A DNA stretch of 64,000 bases from Sulfolobaceae archaeon (GTDB taxonomy: Archaea > Thermoproteota > Thermoprotei_A > Sulfolobales > Sulfolobaceae). Location of the stretch: positions 96,001 to 160,000 of the forward strand of contig JAWARQ010000002.1 in NCBI GenBank assembly GCA_038893355.1, read 5' to 3'. The position numbers were made by a program, and so were the translations under genes. Below the pieces are notes generated by a model that saw only the letters and a list, made by a program, of their open reading frames with translations, had not been told where the DNA came from and ran no database searches. Every line of letters begins with the position of its first letter. Positions within the stretch are counted from its first letter, which is position 1. Shown here piece by piece: positions 42,021-52,406 of this stretch.

Positions 42021-44312
42021 TTATTTAACTCTTTTTCTCTTAATAATATTAAGAATAAACTCTGGCGTAATAGGTATCTCTATATAATCTAACGTAGTTC
42101 CAATTGCATCCTCAATTGCATTAACAATTGCAGCAGGCGGGACAGTAGCACCACCCTCTGCAACTCCCTTAGTTCCAAGGGGAGTGAAAGGAGATGGGGT
42201 ATAAAGATGATGGAGTTCTATTGAACTAGGAACTTCCATAGTTGACGGTAACCAGTACTCAGAGAACGAGGTCTGTAGAGGATAGCCCTCTTCGTTATAT
42301 TTAACCATTTCAAATAATGAAGCACCTATTCCCATTACAGTTCCTCCTAATAACTGACCATCGACGATTAAAGGATTTATTAAATTACCTGCATCACTAA
42401 CCACAATATACTTTAAAATGCTAATAAATCCAGTTTCTTCATCTATTCTAATTATGACTCCATGGGCATTTACACCATAAGTTGATGAGAAATTTACTCT
42501 TCTCTTTTCATCAGCAACATTAACGTTAGGTGAATTTAGAACTACAGAAGCTTCAATTCCAATTTCATCACCTATTAAATAGGATCTGTTATATATCATA
42601 TTTGCTATCTCTTTAATAGAATAAGATTTATTTCCTACTAAAACCTTACCATCTTCAATCTTAATTTCCGATTTCTCCACATTGAAAAGTTTTGAGGCTA
42701 ATTCTCTAATTCTCTCCTTTAATTTAATAGCAGCAAGATAAACTGCTGAAGCTCCAACTACACTAAACCTACTACCATAAAATCCAGTCCCTGGGGGTCC
42801 TGCAGTATCACCTAATATTACCTTAACATCCTCTAAATCTAAACCTAATACATCTGCTACGATTTGTGAAATAGTTGTTTCATGACCTGTTCCCATACTA
42901 TTTGTGCTTAGATTTACTAAAACCTCTCCACTGCTTTCCATCTTCATATAAACTCCTTCATAATAAGGCGTTCTCGGCTTCTTTACTACTAAGGTCTGAA
43001 ATGCTAACGATGAACCAGGTTCTAATGCAAATGCAATACCAACTCCAATGAGACCTTCCATACTCTTATATTTTTCTATTTCCAGGTAGTTTACTAGCAG
43101 CTCTAGAGCCTTCTTATAATCTCCACTATCATATATCGCACCAGTAATAGTCGTTGCTGGAAAATCAGTAATGAAATTTTCCTTCCTTAATTTAAATCTA
43201 TCATAATTCGTAACTCTTGCTACAGAATCTACAAGATTCTCTAGGACTAAGACCGCAGGAGGAATTCCTAACCCTCTATATGGTCCTGTTGGTGGCTTAT
43301 TAGTTACTACACCTTTTACTTCAAATTTTAGATACTTCATCTTATAAGCTCCAGTTAGATGATAAATTTGCCTAAGTATCGGTAACGGTTGATAAGTATG
43401 TAAATACGCCCCGAAGTCTTCTAATAAGGAAACTTCAATACCTAATAGTTGATTATCCTTATAAAGTATCTTTGCAGTATAATGCCTATCTGGACCATGA
43501 ACTGCAGAAATTATATGTTCACTCCTCGTTTCAATATATTTTACAGTCTTCCCAGTTATAATTGATGCAGCTACTGTCATTACTATTGGCTTTAAAAATA
43601 TTTTACCGCCAAATCCTCCACCAGAATCGGGGACTATTATTCTTATTTTACTCCTTGGAATGTTAAATACTATACTAACTGCAGTTTTGAAAACTTGAGG
43701 GACTTGAGTATTTGCTATTATTGTAAGTTCTCCACTTATTTTATTATATTCAGCAATTACAGCATTCGGCTCTATCGGTGAAGGGAGAATTCTATTATAC
43801 CTAAACTGCTTAGTAATCTCCTTATACTCAAAAGGTTTTTCACCATATATAAATTCGTCCTTATAAATTAAATTAGTACCAAATTCCTGATGAATTACTG
43901 GTGCATTAGGTTCTAAGGACTTAAACGGATCGATTACTGCTTCTAGAGGTTCATATTCAATTTCTATTTCATCAATAGCATCTTGCACAGAATATCTATC
44001 ACGGCCTACAACTATAGCTATAGGTTCTCCATAATAATTTGCAATATTTCTTGGAAGTATGTATTCTTTAGGTGCATTTTCAATAAAAAAGTTTGGTAAT
44101 GGATTGAAGGTCTTTATGTCATCAAAAGTTATAAGAGTTATATTACTTGAGGATGGTTCTTTAGTAATTCTAAATTTAGCGCGAGGATAGTTCGACCTTA
44201 TAACCGCCATATGAAGCATTCCAGATTGTTGAAAGTCATCAACATATTTTCCCCTTCCAGCTAAAAATCTAAGATCCTCTATTCTTTTTATCGGCTTACC
44301 TATATACTTCAC
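42021..44312 (-). CDS. Xanthine-oxidase-family molybdopterin-binding large subunit (CutA/CoxL/HmfA-like)
   Basis: IG....R.ED.RFL.G.G.YVDD, GGGFGGK, PYRGLG active-site loop (not the AYxCSFR of true CO dehydrogenase), KGVAEGG. Confidence 0.9.
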   Translation of the reverse strand: MKYIGKPIKRIEDLRFLAGRGKYVDDFQQSGMLHMAVIRSNYPRAKFRITKEPSSSNITLITFDDIKTFNPLPNFFIENAPKEYILPRNIANYYGEPIAIVVGRDRYSVQDAIDEIEIEYEPLEAVIDPFKSLEPNAPVIHQEFGTNLIYKDEFIYGEKPFEYKEITKQFRYNRILPSPIEPNAVIAEYNKISGELTIIANTQVPQVFKTAVSIVFNIPRSKIRIIVPDSGGGFGGKIFLKPIVMTVAASIITGKTVKYIETRSEHIISAVHGPDRHYTAKILYKDNQLLGIEVSLLEDFGAYLHTYQPLPILRQIYHLTGAYKMKYLKFEVKGVVTNKPPTGPYRGLGIPPAVLVLENLVDSVARVTNYDRFKLRKENFITDFPATTITGAIYDSGDYKKALELLVNYLEIEKYKSMEGLIGVGIAFALEPGSSLAFQTLVVKKPRTPYYEGVYMKMESSGEVLVNLSTNSMGTGHETTISQIVADVLGLDLEDVKVILGDTAGPPGTGFYGSRFSVVGASAVYLAAIKLKERIRELASKLFNVEKSEIKIEDGKVLVGNKSYSIKEIANMIYNRSYLIGDEIGIEASVVLNSPNVNVADEKRRVNFSSTYGVNAHGVIIRIDEETGFISILKYIVVSDAGNLINPLIVDGQLLGGTVMGIGASLFEMVKYNEEGYPLQTSFSEYWLPSTMEVPSSIELHHLYTPSPFTPLGTKGVAEGGATVPPAAIVNAIEDAIGTTLDYIEIPITPEFILNIIKRKRVK

Positions 44313-44703
44313 TCTTTCTCACCACATACCAAGTACCTATTCCCTTGACACTAAGCTTATCATCATCATATCCATTTAATTCTACAAATACAATTCTCTT
44401 ACCTTCTTCTATCACCTTTGCTATTCCAACAAATTTCTGACCCCTTACGGGCTTCATAAAATTTATTTTTACTTCTATGGTATACTGATCTACAACATTA
44501 TCTAGAGTATGTACAGCTATACTTCCAGCATAGTCTAATGTAGAAAAGATTGCCCCACCATGTAAGATATTTCCTTTCCTCTTTAGATTATCTGTAATAG
44601 AAATATAAACTTTAGCATAACCCTTATCTATCTCTAATATATGAAGATCTAAGAATTTAAAGAAGCCCTCCTCTTCTAAATTCATTTCTTTTATTATATT
44701 CAA
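44296..44703 (-). CDS. PaaI-family thioesterase
   Basis: G.LHGG.....D motif, T.E.KINF..P. Confidence 0.88.
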   Translation of the reverse strand: MNIIKEMNLEEEGFFKFLDLHILEIDKGYAKVYISITDNLKRKGNILHGGAIFSTLDYAGSIAVHTLDNVVDQYTIEVKINFMKPVRGQKFVGIAKVIEEGKRIVFVELNGYDDDKLSVKGIGTWYVVRKSEVYR

Positions 44704-45905
44704 ACCTTAACACCAAAATATCTATAATAATACTGTCTAGCTACAGTTATTCTTTGAATATCATTAGTTCCTTCATACGTCTTTAAAATCTGAAGATCCC
44801 TCAACATTCTCTCTAAGCTCGATGAGGTAGAAACGCCATAACCACCTAATGTACCCATTGCCCGTAAAACTATTCTCTCCATTGCCTCTGTTACAAAGAA
44901 CTTTGCCAAAGAAGCTGCAATTATATACTCTTTCATTTTATTATTTTTAAATAAGCTCCCTGCCCAATATGTAAGTAATCTAGAAGCTTCTAAATCTGCA
45001 AGACTCTCAGCTATCTTATTTTGTACAATCTGAAACTCTGCAATTTTCTTTTCAAAAGCTTTTCTATCTAAAGAGTATTTCGACATTAACTCGAAGGCAG
45101 CTTGCCCTATCCCTAAAGCTTGACTTGCTACTATAGTTCTAGTATAGTCAAAAGTTTCTATAGCGTATTTAAATCCCATACCCTCCTCTCCTACTAAATT
45201 CTCTTCAGGAACCTTAACCTCATTTAATTCAATTTCTGCAGTATGTGAAGCTTTTAATCCAGTAGTTTCTATTCTGCTTATCACCCTTAATCCGTCACTT
45301 TCTCTACGATCAATTACGAACATAGAAATCCCTTTCCACCTAGCCTCTGAGGATGGCGGAGAAGTTCTTGCAGTTATTATTAATGTATCCGCTATATCGC
45401 CGTTAGTTATGAATATCTTCCTACCAGTTATGATATAATATCCACCTACTTTTTTAGCTACTGAAGATATCCCTGCAACATCTGAACCTGCCCCCGGCTC
45501 AGTATTTGCAAAGGCCACAATTCTCTTACCACTTGCAACATCTGGAATATATCTTCTCTTTAACTCCTCATTACCCCATTTCATAATAGCATAATTAAAC
45601 ATCCAGTGAATCATTATATAGGTACTAAAAGATGGCCATATTCTTGAAATTTCTTCAATAGCAATTAAGAGAGAAATATAGTCACTACCTTGGCCTCCGA
45701 GTTCTGTAGGTACATCTAATGCTAAAAGACCTAATTCTACAGCCTTCTTCCTAAGTTCTAGTGGTATCTCTCTAGATCTTTCACCTTCTTCTACATACTT
45801 ACTAATCTCCCTTTCTGAAAATTCTCTCATAGCCTTCCTAAAGACTTCGTGATCCGGTTGAATCTCTAGCCTTAAATCCTCTATCGAGGAAAGCGGAAAT
45901 ACCAT
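44700..45905 (-). CDS. Acyl-CoA dehydrogenase (short/branched-chain type)
   Basis: FANTEPGAGSD, G.K.FITNG, GGYG, YEGT.DIQR. Confidence 0.93.
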   Translation of the reverse strand: MVFPLSSIEDLRLEIQPDHEVFRKAMREFSEREISKYVEEGERSREIPLELRKKAVELGLLALDVPTELGGQGSDYISLLIAIEEISRIWPSFSTYIMIHWMFNYAIMKWGNEELKRRYIPDVASGKRIVAFANTEPGAGSDVAGISSVAKKVGGYYIITGRKIFITNGDIADTLIITARTSPPSSEARWKGISMFVIDRRESDGLRVISRIETTGLKASHTAEIELNEVKVPEENLVGEEGMGFKYAIETFDYTRTIVASQALGIGQAAFELMSKYSLDRKAFEKKIAEFQIVQNKIAESLADLEASRLLTYWAGSLFKNNKMKEYIIAASLAKFFVTEAMERIVLRAMGTLGGYGVSTSSSLERMLRDLQILKTYEGTNDIQRITVARQYYYRYFGVKV

Positions 45906-45927
45906 ATTTTCTCACTGATTCTAATTC

Positions 45928-47655
45928 TTACTTAAAGATAAATTCATACTTTGAAATTTCCCCTTTCTTCTTTCTTTCTTCCTCTAATCTTCTTAACTCA
46001 TTTCGCCTTATCTTACCACTTATTGTTTTAGGTAATTCGTTTACAAATTCAATTATTCTAGGAACTTTATAACTCGGTAAAAGTTTCTTTACAAACTCAA
46101 AAATTTCTCTTGCTAACTTTTCACTAGGTTCATAGCCAGGCTTTAATACTACAAAAGCCTTAACAACTTGCCATCTAACAGGGTCTGGACTTCCAATCAC
46201 TGCAGCCTCTGCTACTGCAGGATGCTCTAATAATGCACTTTCTACCTCAAATGGACCTACTCTATAATCGGATGTCTTAATAACATCATCAGCTCTTCCT
46301 ACAAAATACCAGTAACCGTTTTCGTCAAAGTATGCCTTATCTCCAGTGAAGTAGTATCCATTCTTAAATGCTTCCTCATTTCTATGAATATCTGAATAAC
46401 CTCTAAATAGTCCGATTGGTCTCCACTTTGTTAATCGTACTGCAATATGTCCAATCTCATACGGCCTAGTAATTTCGTTACCTTGATCGTCTAATAATAC
46501 TATATCATACATTGGAATTGGCTTTCCAAATGATCCTGGTTTTACTTCCATATTAGGTAAATTACCTATCATTGCAGTTGTTTCAGTTTGACCATAAAAG
46601 TCCCTAATTACATTACCAAACCTATTTTTCCAAACTTTTATTATCTCTGGATTTAATGGTTCACCTGCAGATACAACATTTCTTAATTTATCAAATTTGT
46701 ATTGTTTTAAATCTAAAATTATAAACTGCCTCCATGCTGTAGGTGGTGCACAGAATGAGGTAATATTATATGAATCTGCGACTTCAAGATATTTTGCAGG
46801 ATCTAATTTTCCAGAGTAATTAATCCCGAGAACAGTAGAACCTACAATAAAAGGAGAGAAGAATGAGCTCCATGCAAATTTAGCCCAGCCTGGTGCACTA
46901 AGATTTAAATGTAGATCATCAGGAGAAAGACCTATTATTGTTGCAGTAGATATATGGCCTATTGGATAAGATATCGCAGTATGTATTACCCTTTTCGGCA
47001 TCCCAGTAGTTCCAGAGGTAAAGTAATTTAAACTCTCGTCTTCAGAAGAAGTATCCGCAGGACTTGCATTATTACTCTCATCTTCAACTTTCTCATAACT
47101 TATCCATCCTTCTCTTTTTCCTCTAACTATAATTTTAATAATATCTGAAGATGAAGGCAGGACAGAATCGATGCGTTCAGCACTAGCTTCATCTGCTATT
47201 ATAGCTCTAGGCCTAAGTTCAGAGAATCTATATTTTAATTCATAAGGAGTAAGATTAGTAGCATTAGGAACTCCAACTATTCCGCCCTTTATTATGGCGA
47301 CAAAGGTTATCCATTGTTCAGGTAGAGTGGGCATCATAATATATAATGGATCTCCTTTATTAATATTATATTTTCTAAGAAAATTTAATAATTTATTTGA
47401 TTTTTGAATAATATCAATATAACTATATTTCTCTTCAATATTCTTATCAATATCATACCATATGAGTGCTGTTCGTGAAGGATGTTCCTTAACGTGATAT
47501 TCTTCAAAGAAATCGGATACCCAATTAAATTTCTGTGGAAGTTTTATATTATTAAGTTTCTCAATAAATTTAATTATTTTAAATATTTTTTCTTCTGATT
47601 TTTCATTAATAATCTTTAAATATTCACCTAGAATACTCTTTAAATCATTACTCAT
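45928..47655 (-). CDS. AMP-forming acyl-CoA synthetase (medium-chain/aryl type)
   Basis: Likely start ATG 47655 (MSNDL); YFTSGTTGMPK, SAGEPLN, YGQTET, TGD, PKTISGKIRR. Confidence 0.92.
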   Translation of the reverse strand: MSNDLKSILGEYLKIINEKSEEKIFKIIKFIEKLNNIKLPQKFNWVSDFFEEYHVKEHPSRTALIWYDIDKNIEEKYSYIDIIQKSNKLLNFLRKYNINKGDPLYIMMPTLPEQWITFVAIIKGGIVGVPNATNLTPYELKYRFSELRPRAIIADEASAERIDSVLPSSSDIIKIIVRGKREGWISYEKVEDESNNASPADTSSEDESLNYFTSGTTGMPKRVIHTAISYPIGHISTATIIGLSPDDLHLNLSAPGWAKFAWSSFFSPFIVGSTVLGINYSGKLDPAKYLEVADSYNITSFCAPPTAWRQFIILDLKQYKFDKLRNVVSAGEPLNPEIIKVWKNRFGNVIRDFYGQTETTAMIGNLPNMEVKPGSFGKPIPMYDIVLLDDQGNEITRPYEIGHIAVRLTKWRPIGLFRGYSDIHRNEEAFKNGYYFTGDKAYFDENGYWYFVGRADDVIKTSDYRVGPFEVESALLEHPAVAEAAVIGSPDPVRWQVVKAFVVLKPGYEPSEKLAREIFEFVKKLLPSYKVPRIIEFVNELPKTISGKIRRNELRRLEEERKKKGEISKYEFIFK

Positions 47656-47752
47656 ACATATATATGTGATTACATAATAAATAAATTTTAAAGGATGATA
47701 CTTTAACACTAATACTTAAATCTCTTTTACCTTTACTTATATTGGGTTTCAA

Positions 47753-48481
47753 ATGTTAGTAATAGTAGGATTTAAGATTGTACCAGATGATTCTCTAATA
47801 AAAATAGTTGGGAATGAATTAAAAACTGATGTACCAGTTAAGATAAGTACTTATGATAAAAATGCTATTGAAGAGGCTATTAAAATAAAAGAGGCTACAA
47901 ATGGAAAGGCCATAGGCATCACTGTAGGTATCACTGATCGAAAAAGTATTAGAGAGGCATTAGCAATGGGTCTTGATGAGATTATAGCAATAAATACTCA
48001 ATATGCAGATGTTAAAAACACGGCATTAATAATAGCAGAACATGCAAAGCAATTAAATCCAGACGTTATTTTATTCGGTGAATCAACAACAGATAGTAGT
48101 ACTGGTAGCTTAGGAGGTTATGTAGCAGGAGTTCTAGAATACCCTTATGTTTCATATGTAAGAAAGCTTAAGATTGAGGGTAAAAAGTTAATTTTAGAAA
48201 GAGCATTAACACCAATTTATGAAAAAGTTGAAGTTGAAACCCCTGTAGTAATTTCGGTAACTGGTGAAATAAATGTTCCAAGAATACCTACCGTTAGACA
48301 AATAATGGAAGCATCTAAGAAGCCAGTAAAAGAAATTAAAATAGATAAATTAGATAATTCTGCAAAAATTCACTCAATAAAGCCATATATCGTTACTAGA
48401 AAGAGAATAATAATTGAAAAGCCAATGGACGAGGCTGTAGAAATATTATTAGATTACTTAAAGAAGGAGGGTGTACTATGA
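47753..48481 (+). CDS. fixA: Electron transfer flavoprotein beta subunit
   Basis: K.VPD, D.NA.EEA, ALAMG.D, G....D..TG, N.PR.P. Confidence 0.9.
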   Translation: MLVIVGFKIVPDDSLIKIVGNELKTDVPVKISTYDKNAIEEAIKIKEATNGKAIGITVGITDRKSIREALAMGLDEIIAINTQYADVKNTALIIAEHAKQLNPDVILFGESTTDSSTGSLGGYVAGVLEYPYVSYVRKLKIEGKKLILERALTPIYEKVEVETPVVISVTGEINVPRIPTVRQIMEASKKPVKEIKIDKLDNSAKIHSIKPYIVTRKRIIIEKPMDEAVEILLDYLKKEGVL

Positions 48482-49341
48482 GAGTAGTCGTATATTCAGA
48501 AGACGAGAGTTATTTCTATGTTGCGGCAGGTATAGCTAGGAGTTTAAGTAACTATATTATAGGAGTTTCACTATCTAGTAAATTGAATGTAGTTGATGAG
48601 TTATATGTTGTAAAGAAAATTGATGAAGAATTTCTCTCTAACTATATCGCGTCCCTAAAACCAGATCTTGTGATTACTGGAAATACTAAGAGAGATAGGT
48701 CTATAGCAAGTAGAATAGCAGGATTGCTAAGATCTTCCTTTTCATCTGATATTAATTCAATAAAAGTAATTAACAATAAATTAATAGTATCCAGAATAGC
48801 ATATAGTGGAATGGGTCTTGTTGAATTAGAGCTAGATCTACCCGCAGTGGTTACCATATCTCGGCAAGAAGTTAAAGTAACTGAGGTAAATTCTAAGATA
48901 TCTGAGGTAGAAGTAAGGCCAGGAAGAGTCAAAGTAATAGAAGTTTCGTCCCAAGGAGGATCAATTGAAGATATATCTTCGGCACAAATTATAGTTTCTG
49001 TAGGTAGAGGAATAGGATCTAAAGAAAATATAAAATACGCTGAGGAATTAGCAAAACTTTTAGGAGGTACAGTAGGAGGTAGCAGACCAGTTACAACTGA
49101 ATTAGGCTGGTTACCAGAAAATAAACAGATTGGATTATCTGGAACAAAGGTTAAGCCCAAATTATATATTGCGCTAGGAATATCTGGACAACCACAGCAC
49201 CTAGCTGGAATAAAAGATTCGAAAATAATAGTTGCTGTAAATAAGGATAAGAATGCACCAATAGTAGAAAATGCTGATTATATAATAGTAGGAGATGCAG
49301 TAGAATTTTGTAAAGCAATGATAAAGAGGCTATCTAAATGA
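48478..49341 (+). CDS. fixB: Electron transfer flavoprotein alpha subunit
   Basis: VSVGRG, GGSRP, QIGLSG, GISGQPQH..G, AVNKD.NAPI. Confidence 0.92.
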   Translation: MRVVVYSEDESYFYVAAGIARSLSNYIIGVSLSSKLNVVDELYVVKKIDEEFLSNYIASLKPDLVITGNTKRDRSIASRIAGLLRSSFSSDINSIKVINNKLIVSRIAYSGMGLVELELDLPAVVTISRQEVKVTEVNSKISEVEVRPGRVKVIEVSSQGGSIEDISSAQIIVSVGRGIGSKENIKYAEELAKLLGGTVGGSRPVTTELGWLPENKQIGLSGTKVKPKLYIALGISGQPQHLAGIKDSKIIVAVNKDKNAPIVENADYIIVGDAVEFCKAMIKRLSK

Positions 49342-50567
49342 GTTATGATGCAGATGTTATAATAGTAGGCGGAGGTTTAGGAGGATTATCAGCAGCTATT
49401 TCAGCTGCTAAGAAAGGATTATCCGCAATAGTTTTAGAGAGAGGAGAATATAGTGGGGCAAAAAATGTAAGTGGGGGTAGAATGTATGTACATGCGTTAC
49501 TTAAATTAATACCAGATGCATTAGAGAGGGCACCATTAGAGAGGCCGATAACTAGAGAAACTTTTGAAGTTTATTGTGAAAAGGGGAGGAAAGTTATATT
49601 TAGCTACGAAAACAAAAATAAAAAGGAAAGTTACTCAGTATTAAGGGCAAAATTTGATCAATGGCTTGCAAAGGAAGCAGAGAATCTTGGTGCTTTAATA
49701 TCATACTCAACACAAGTAGTTTATGTAAAGAGAGAGGATAATTTCTTCTTAATATCTACAAATAGAGGAGACCTTAAGTCACCATTAATAATAGATGCTG
49801 GAGGCGTTACTGCACCAGTTTCAAGATCATTAGGTCTTAGAAACTTATCTCCAGAAAATTTTATGATAGGAGTTAAAGAAGTTATTAATATTAAGCCAGA
49901 AATTCCAGAAGATGAAGGAGAAGCTAAAGCGATTCTTGGTTTGTTAGATGGACTAAAAGGTGGAGTATTTTATTATACAAACAAAGATACCATTTCCATA
50001 GGCTATACTGCAAAGGTCGAATCGCTTCAAAAATCAGAAAAACCAGCATATGAAATAATAGAGGATGTAAGAGAAAAGTTAGGATTAAATGGCGAGATTT
50101 TGGAGTATTCAGCACATTTAATACCATATTATGGCTATGAGAAAGCTCCTAGATTATGGGATAAAGGGTTAATGATAGTAGGTGATGCGGCAGGTTTACT
50201 TATTAATGACGGATTCACAATAAGAGGTATGGATCTTGCAATAACTTCTGGAATGGTAGCCGGAGAAGTTGCTGCTGAGTTAAAGAATATTAACGATTAT
50301 ACTAAAACTTATATTTATGAAGAAAGGCTTAAAGAAACTCCAGCATATCAAGATTTTATAAATGCAAAAAATGCATTTAAAGTATTAAATTCAGAAAGAT
50401 TATTTATAAAATATCCTAAAATTTTATGTGACAGTTTAGAAGAATTATTTAGTGTAAGTGGTATAGCACCAAGAAGGAGACCAATTAAAGTATTAATAGA
50501 AAAAATGAAAGAAAATCAAGTGAATTCAAGTGAATTAATAATAGATGCTTGGAGGTTTGTCACATGA
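49338..50567 (+). CDS. fixC: FixC ETF:quinone oxidoreductase-like flavoprotein
   Basis: GGG..G, ERGEY.GAKNVSGG, R.KFD.WL, GDAAG, RGMDLA. Confidence 0.9.
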   Translation: MSYDADVIIVGGGLGGLSAAISAAKKGLSAIVLERGEYSGAKNVSGGRMYVHALLKLIPDALERAPLERPITRETFEVYCEKGRKVIFSYENKNKKESYSVLRAKFDQWLAKEAENLGALISYSTQVVYVKREDNFFLISTNRGDLKSPLIIDAGGVTAPVSRSLGLRNLSPENFMIGVKEVINIKPEIPEDEGEAKAILGLLDGLKGGVFYYTNKDTISIGYTAKVESLQKSEKPAYEIIEDVREKLGLNGEILEYSAHLIPYYGYEKAPRLWDKGLMIVGDAAGLLINDGFTIRGMDLAITSGMVAGEVAAELKNINDYTKTYIYEERLKETPAYQDFINAKNAFKVLNSERLFIKYPKILCDSLEELFSVSGIAPRRRPIKVLIEKMKENQVNSSELIIDAWRFVT

Positions 50568-50836
50568 AAATAGATTTATTAAAGAGGTTAGGTTTAAATA
50601 AGTACACTGTTGATCCAGATCCTCATATTACTGTAAATGATAAAATATGTATAGAATGTAAAGAAAAACCATGTACTAAGGCTTGCCCTGCTGGGACGTA
50701 TGAGGCCTTACCAGATGGAAGAATAATCGTGCATTATGAAAGATGCTTAGAATGTGGAGGTGCATTAGTTATATGTCCATTTAATTCAATACAATTTAGA
50801 TTCCCAAATAATGGAATAAGTTATAGGTATGGATAA
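50564..50836 (+). CDS. fixX: FixX ferredoxin-like protein
   Basis: Likely start ATG 50564; C..C...PC...CPA, CLECG, G..YRYG. Confidence 0.88.
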   Translation: MKIDLLKRLGLNKYTVDPDPHITVNDKICIECKEKPCTKACPAGTYEALPDGRIIVHYERCLECGGALVICPFNSIQFRFPNNGISYRYG

Positions 50837-50837
50837 C

Positions 50838-51050
50838 TTAGCTTTCCCTAATCATTACATATCCTACATATGCTATAAAACTGAATACTCCTAAGATTAT
50901 TAAAAAATTTATAATTTTTATAAAATACGGTGAAATGTTAAATTGGCCAATATTTATTTGGAAATCTAAAAATATAATTAAAAAACTTATAATTACAATA
51001 AATATAGATAGAGATATTAATAGTGCACCAAGAATTTTATACTTTAGCAA
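50838..51050 (-). CDS. Small two-TM membrane protein
   Basis: Two hydrophobic helices; overlaps the end of the epimerase gene. Confidence 0.55.
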   Translation of the reverse strand: MLKYKILGALLISLSIFIVIISFLIIFLDFQINIGQFNISPYFIKIINFLIILGVFSFIAYVGYVMIRES

Positions 51051-51960
51051 TTAAATCCCTCACAGCCTTTCTTACTGCCTCTTTCGAGCTAAATTTAGGC
51101 TTCCATCCCAGCTTCTTAATTTTAGAAATGTCAAGTAGCATAACCCTTACATCACCCGCCCATCCCCTTCCATCTCCAGTATCTATATAAACATGCTCAG
51201 GAGAAACCCCCATTTCTTCTTCTACTATTCTTGCTATTTCATTAACACTAATATAATCCTCATTACCTAAGTTGAATTCTTCATAACTTTCATTTACTTT
51301 AGATTCAAGAAGTAAAAATCCATCTATTACATCAGAAATATAGATATAACTTTTCTTCTGCTTACCATTACCTAAAATTTCTAATCTTTTGTTATCATTT
51401 CTTAATTTTTTAATAAAATCTACAATTACACCATGATTCATTCTTCCTCCAACAACATTAGCTAACCTAATTACTATACTCCTTAATCCATATACCCTTG
51501 AATAATATTCTATCATATTTTCACAAATTAATTTAAATAAACCGTAATTAGATATAGGTTTCTTCTCTGCATTTTCAGGGGTAGGAAGTATCTTAGCCTC
51601 TCCGTAAACCGTTGAAGAAGAAGTAAAGATTAATTTCGTAGCATCAAGTCTTCTAGCAAGTTCTAATACCACTAATGTAGCCTTTACATCACTTTCAAAG
51701 TGAGTGAAAACATCTAACATAGAATCTTTAACACTTGGATTTGCTGCTAAATGATATATTATAGAATTTTTATAATTAATAAAAATATTATCATTAATTT
51801 CCAAAAATCTTAAGTCTTGTTTTATTAGTCTAGCTTTAGGATTAACATAATTTCCAGAGGAGAAGTTATCTATAACTAGAACCTCCTCCTTATATACTTC
51901 AACTAGTCTATCTACTAAATGCCCACCTATATATCCTGCACCACCAGTTATTATATACAT
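51037..51960 (-). CDS. galE: NAD-dependent epimerase/dehydratase (UDP-glucose 4-epimerase-like)
   Basis: [20 protein letters not shown] (YxxxK), GRGW.GDV. Confidence 0.85.
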   Translation of the reverse strand: MYIITGGAGYIGGHLVDRLVEVYKEEVLVIDNFSSGNYVNPKARLIKQDLRFLEINDNIFINYKNSIIYHLAANPSVKDSMLDVFTHFESDVKATLVVLELARRLDATKLIFTSSSTVYGEAKILPTPENAEKKPISNYGLFKLICENMIEYYSRVYGLRSIVIRLANVVGGRMNHGVIVDFIKKLRNDNKRLEILGNGKQKKSYIYISDVIDGFLLLESKVNESYEEFNLGNEDYISVNEIARIVEEEMGVSPEHVYIDTGDGRGWAGDVRVMLLDISKIKKLGWKPKFSSKEAVRKAVRDLIAKV

Positions 51961-51986
51961 AAGAACTCACCATATTATCTAAATAT

Positions 51987-52077
<91 letters not shown>

Positions 52078-52112
52078 TTAGTAATTATAAGGGAGAGGTA
52101 TATAAATTCACT

Positions 52113-52406
52113 TTAAGTTTTAGTTAATCCCTTACGTTTACATAATTCATTGTAAATCATTTTTAGTGTATACTGCTTACTCTTAATTTTTTTAACTACA
52201 ATAAGTATAGAGTATTGTTTGTCTGCTGGATGATATTTATTATTTATAATAATTGGATCTAATCCTAAAATCTTCGAAACTTCAATAATATCATTTACTG
52301 ATATCTTCTGAATTAACTTAAACCTCCTACCCTTTCTTCTACTCTCGCCTAAAAAATATACAGGCCATATTACTACCCTTTCACCTTCAAACTCCCTAAG
52401 ACTCAT
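52113..52406 (-). CDS. srp19: Signal recognition particle protein Srp19
   Basis: VIWP.YF...SRRKGRR, K.HP, K...LK.I; follows rps8e. Confidence 0.88.
   Translation of the reverse strand: MSLREFEGERVVIWPVYFLGESRRKGRRFKLIQKISVNDIIEVSKILGLDPIIINNKYHPADKQYSILIVVKKIKSKQYTLKMIYNELCKRKGLTKT

Noticed and set aside
42021-44312. Aerobic CO dehydrogenase (form I CoxL)
   Set aside because: Lacks the AYxCSFR Cu-binding loop; has PYRGLG
47656-47667. Palindrome ACATATATATGT in the ligase/fixA divergent promoter
   Set aside because: Mostly an AT dinucleotide run; not distinguishable from chance
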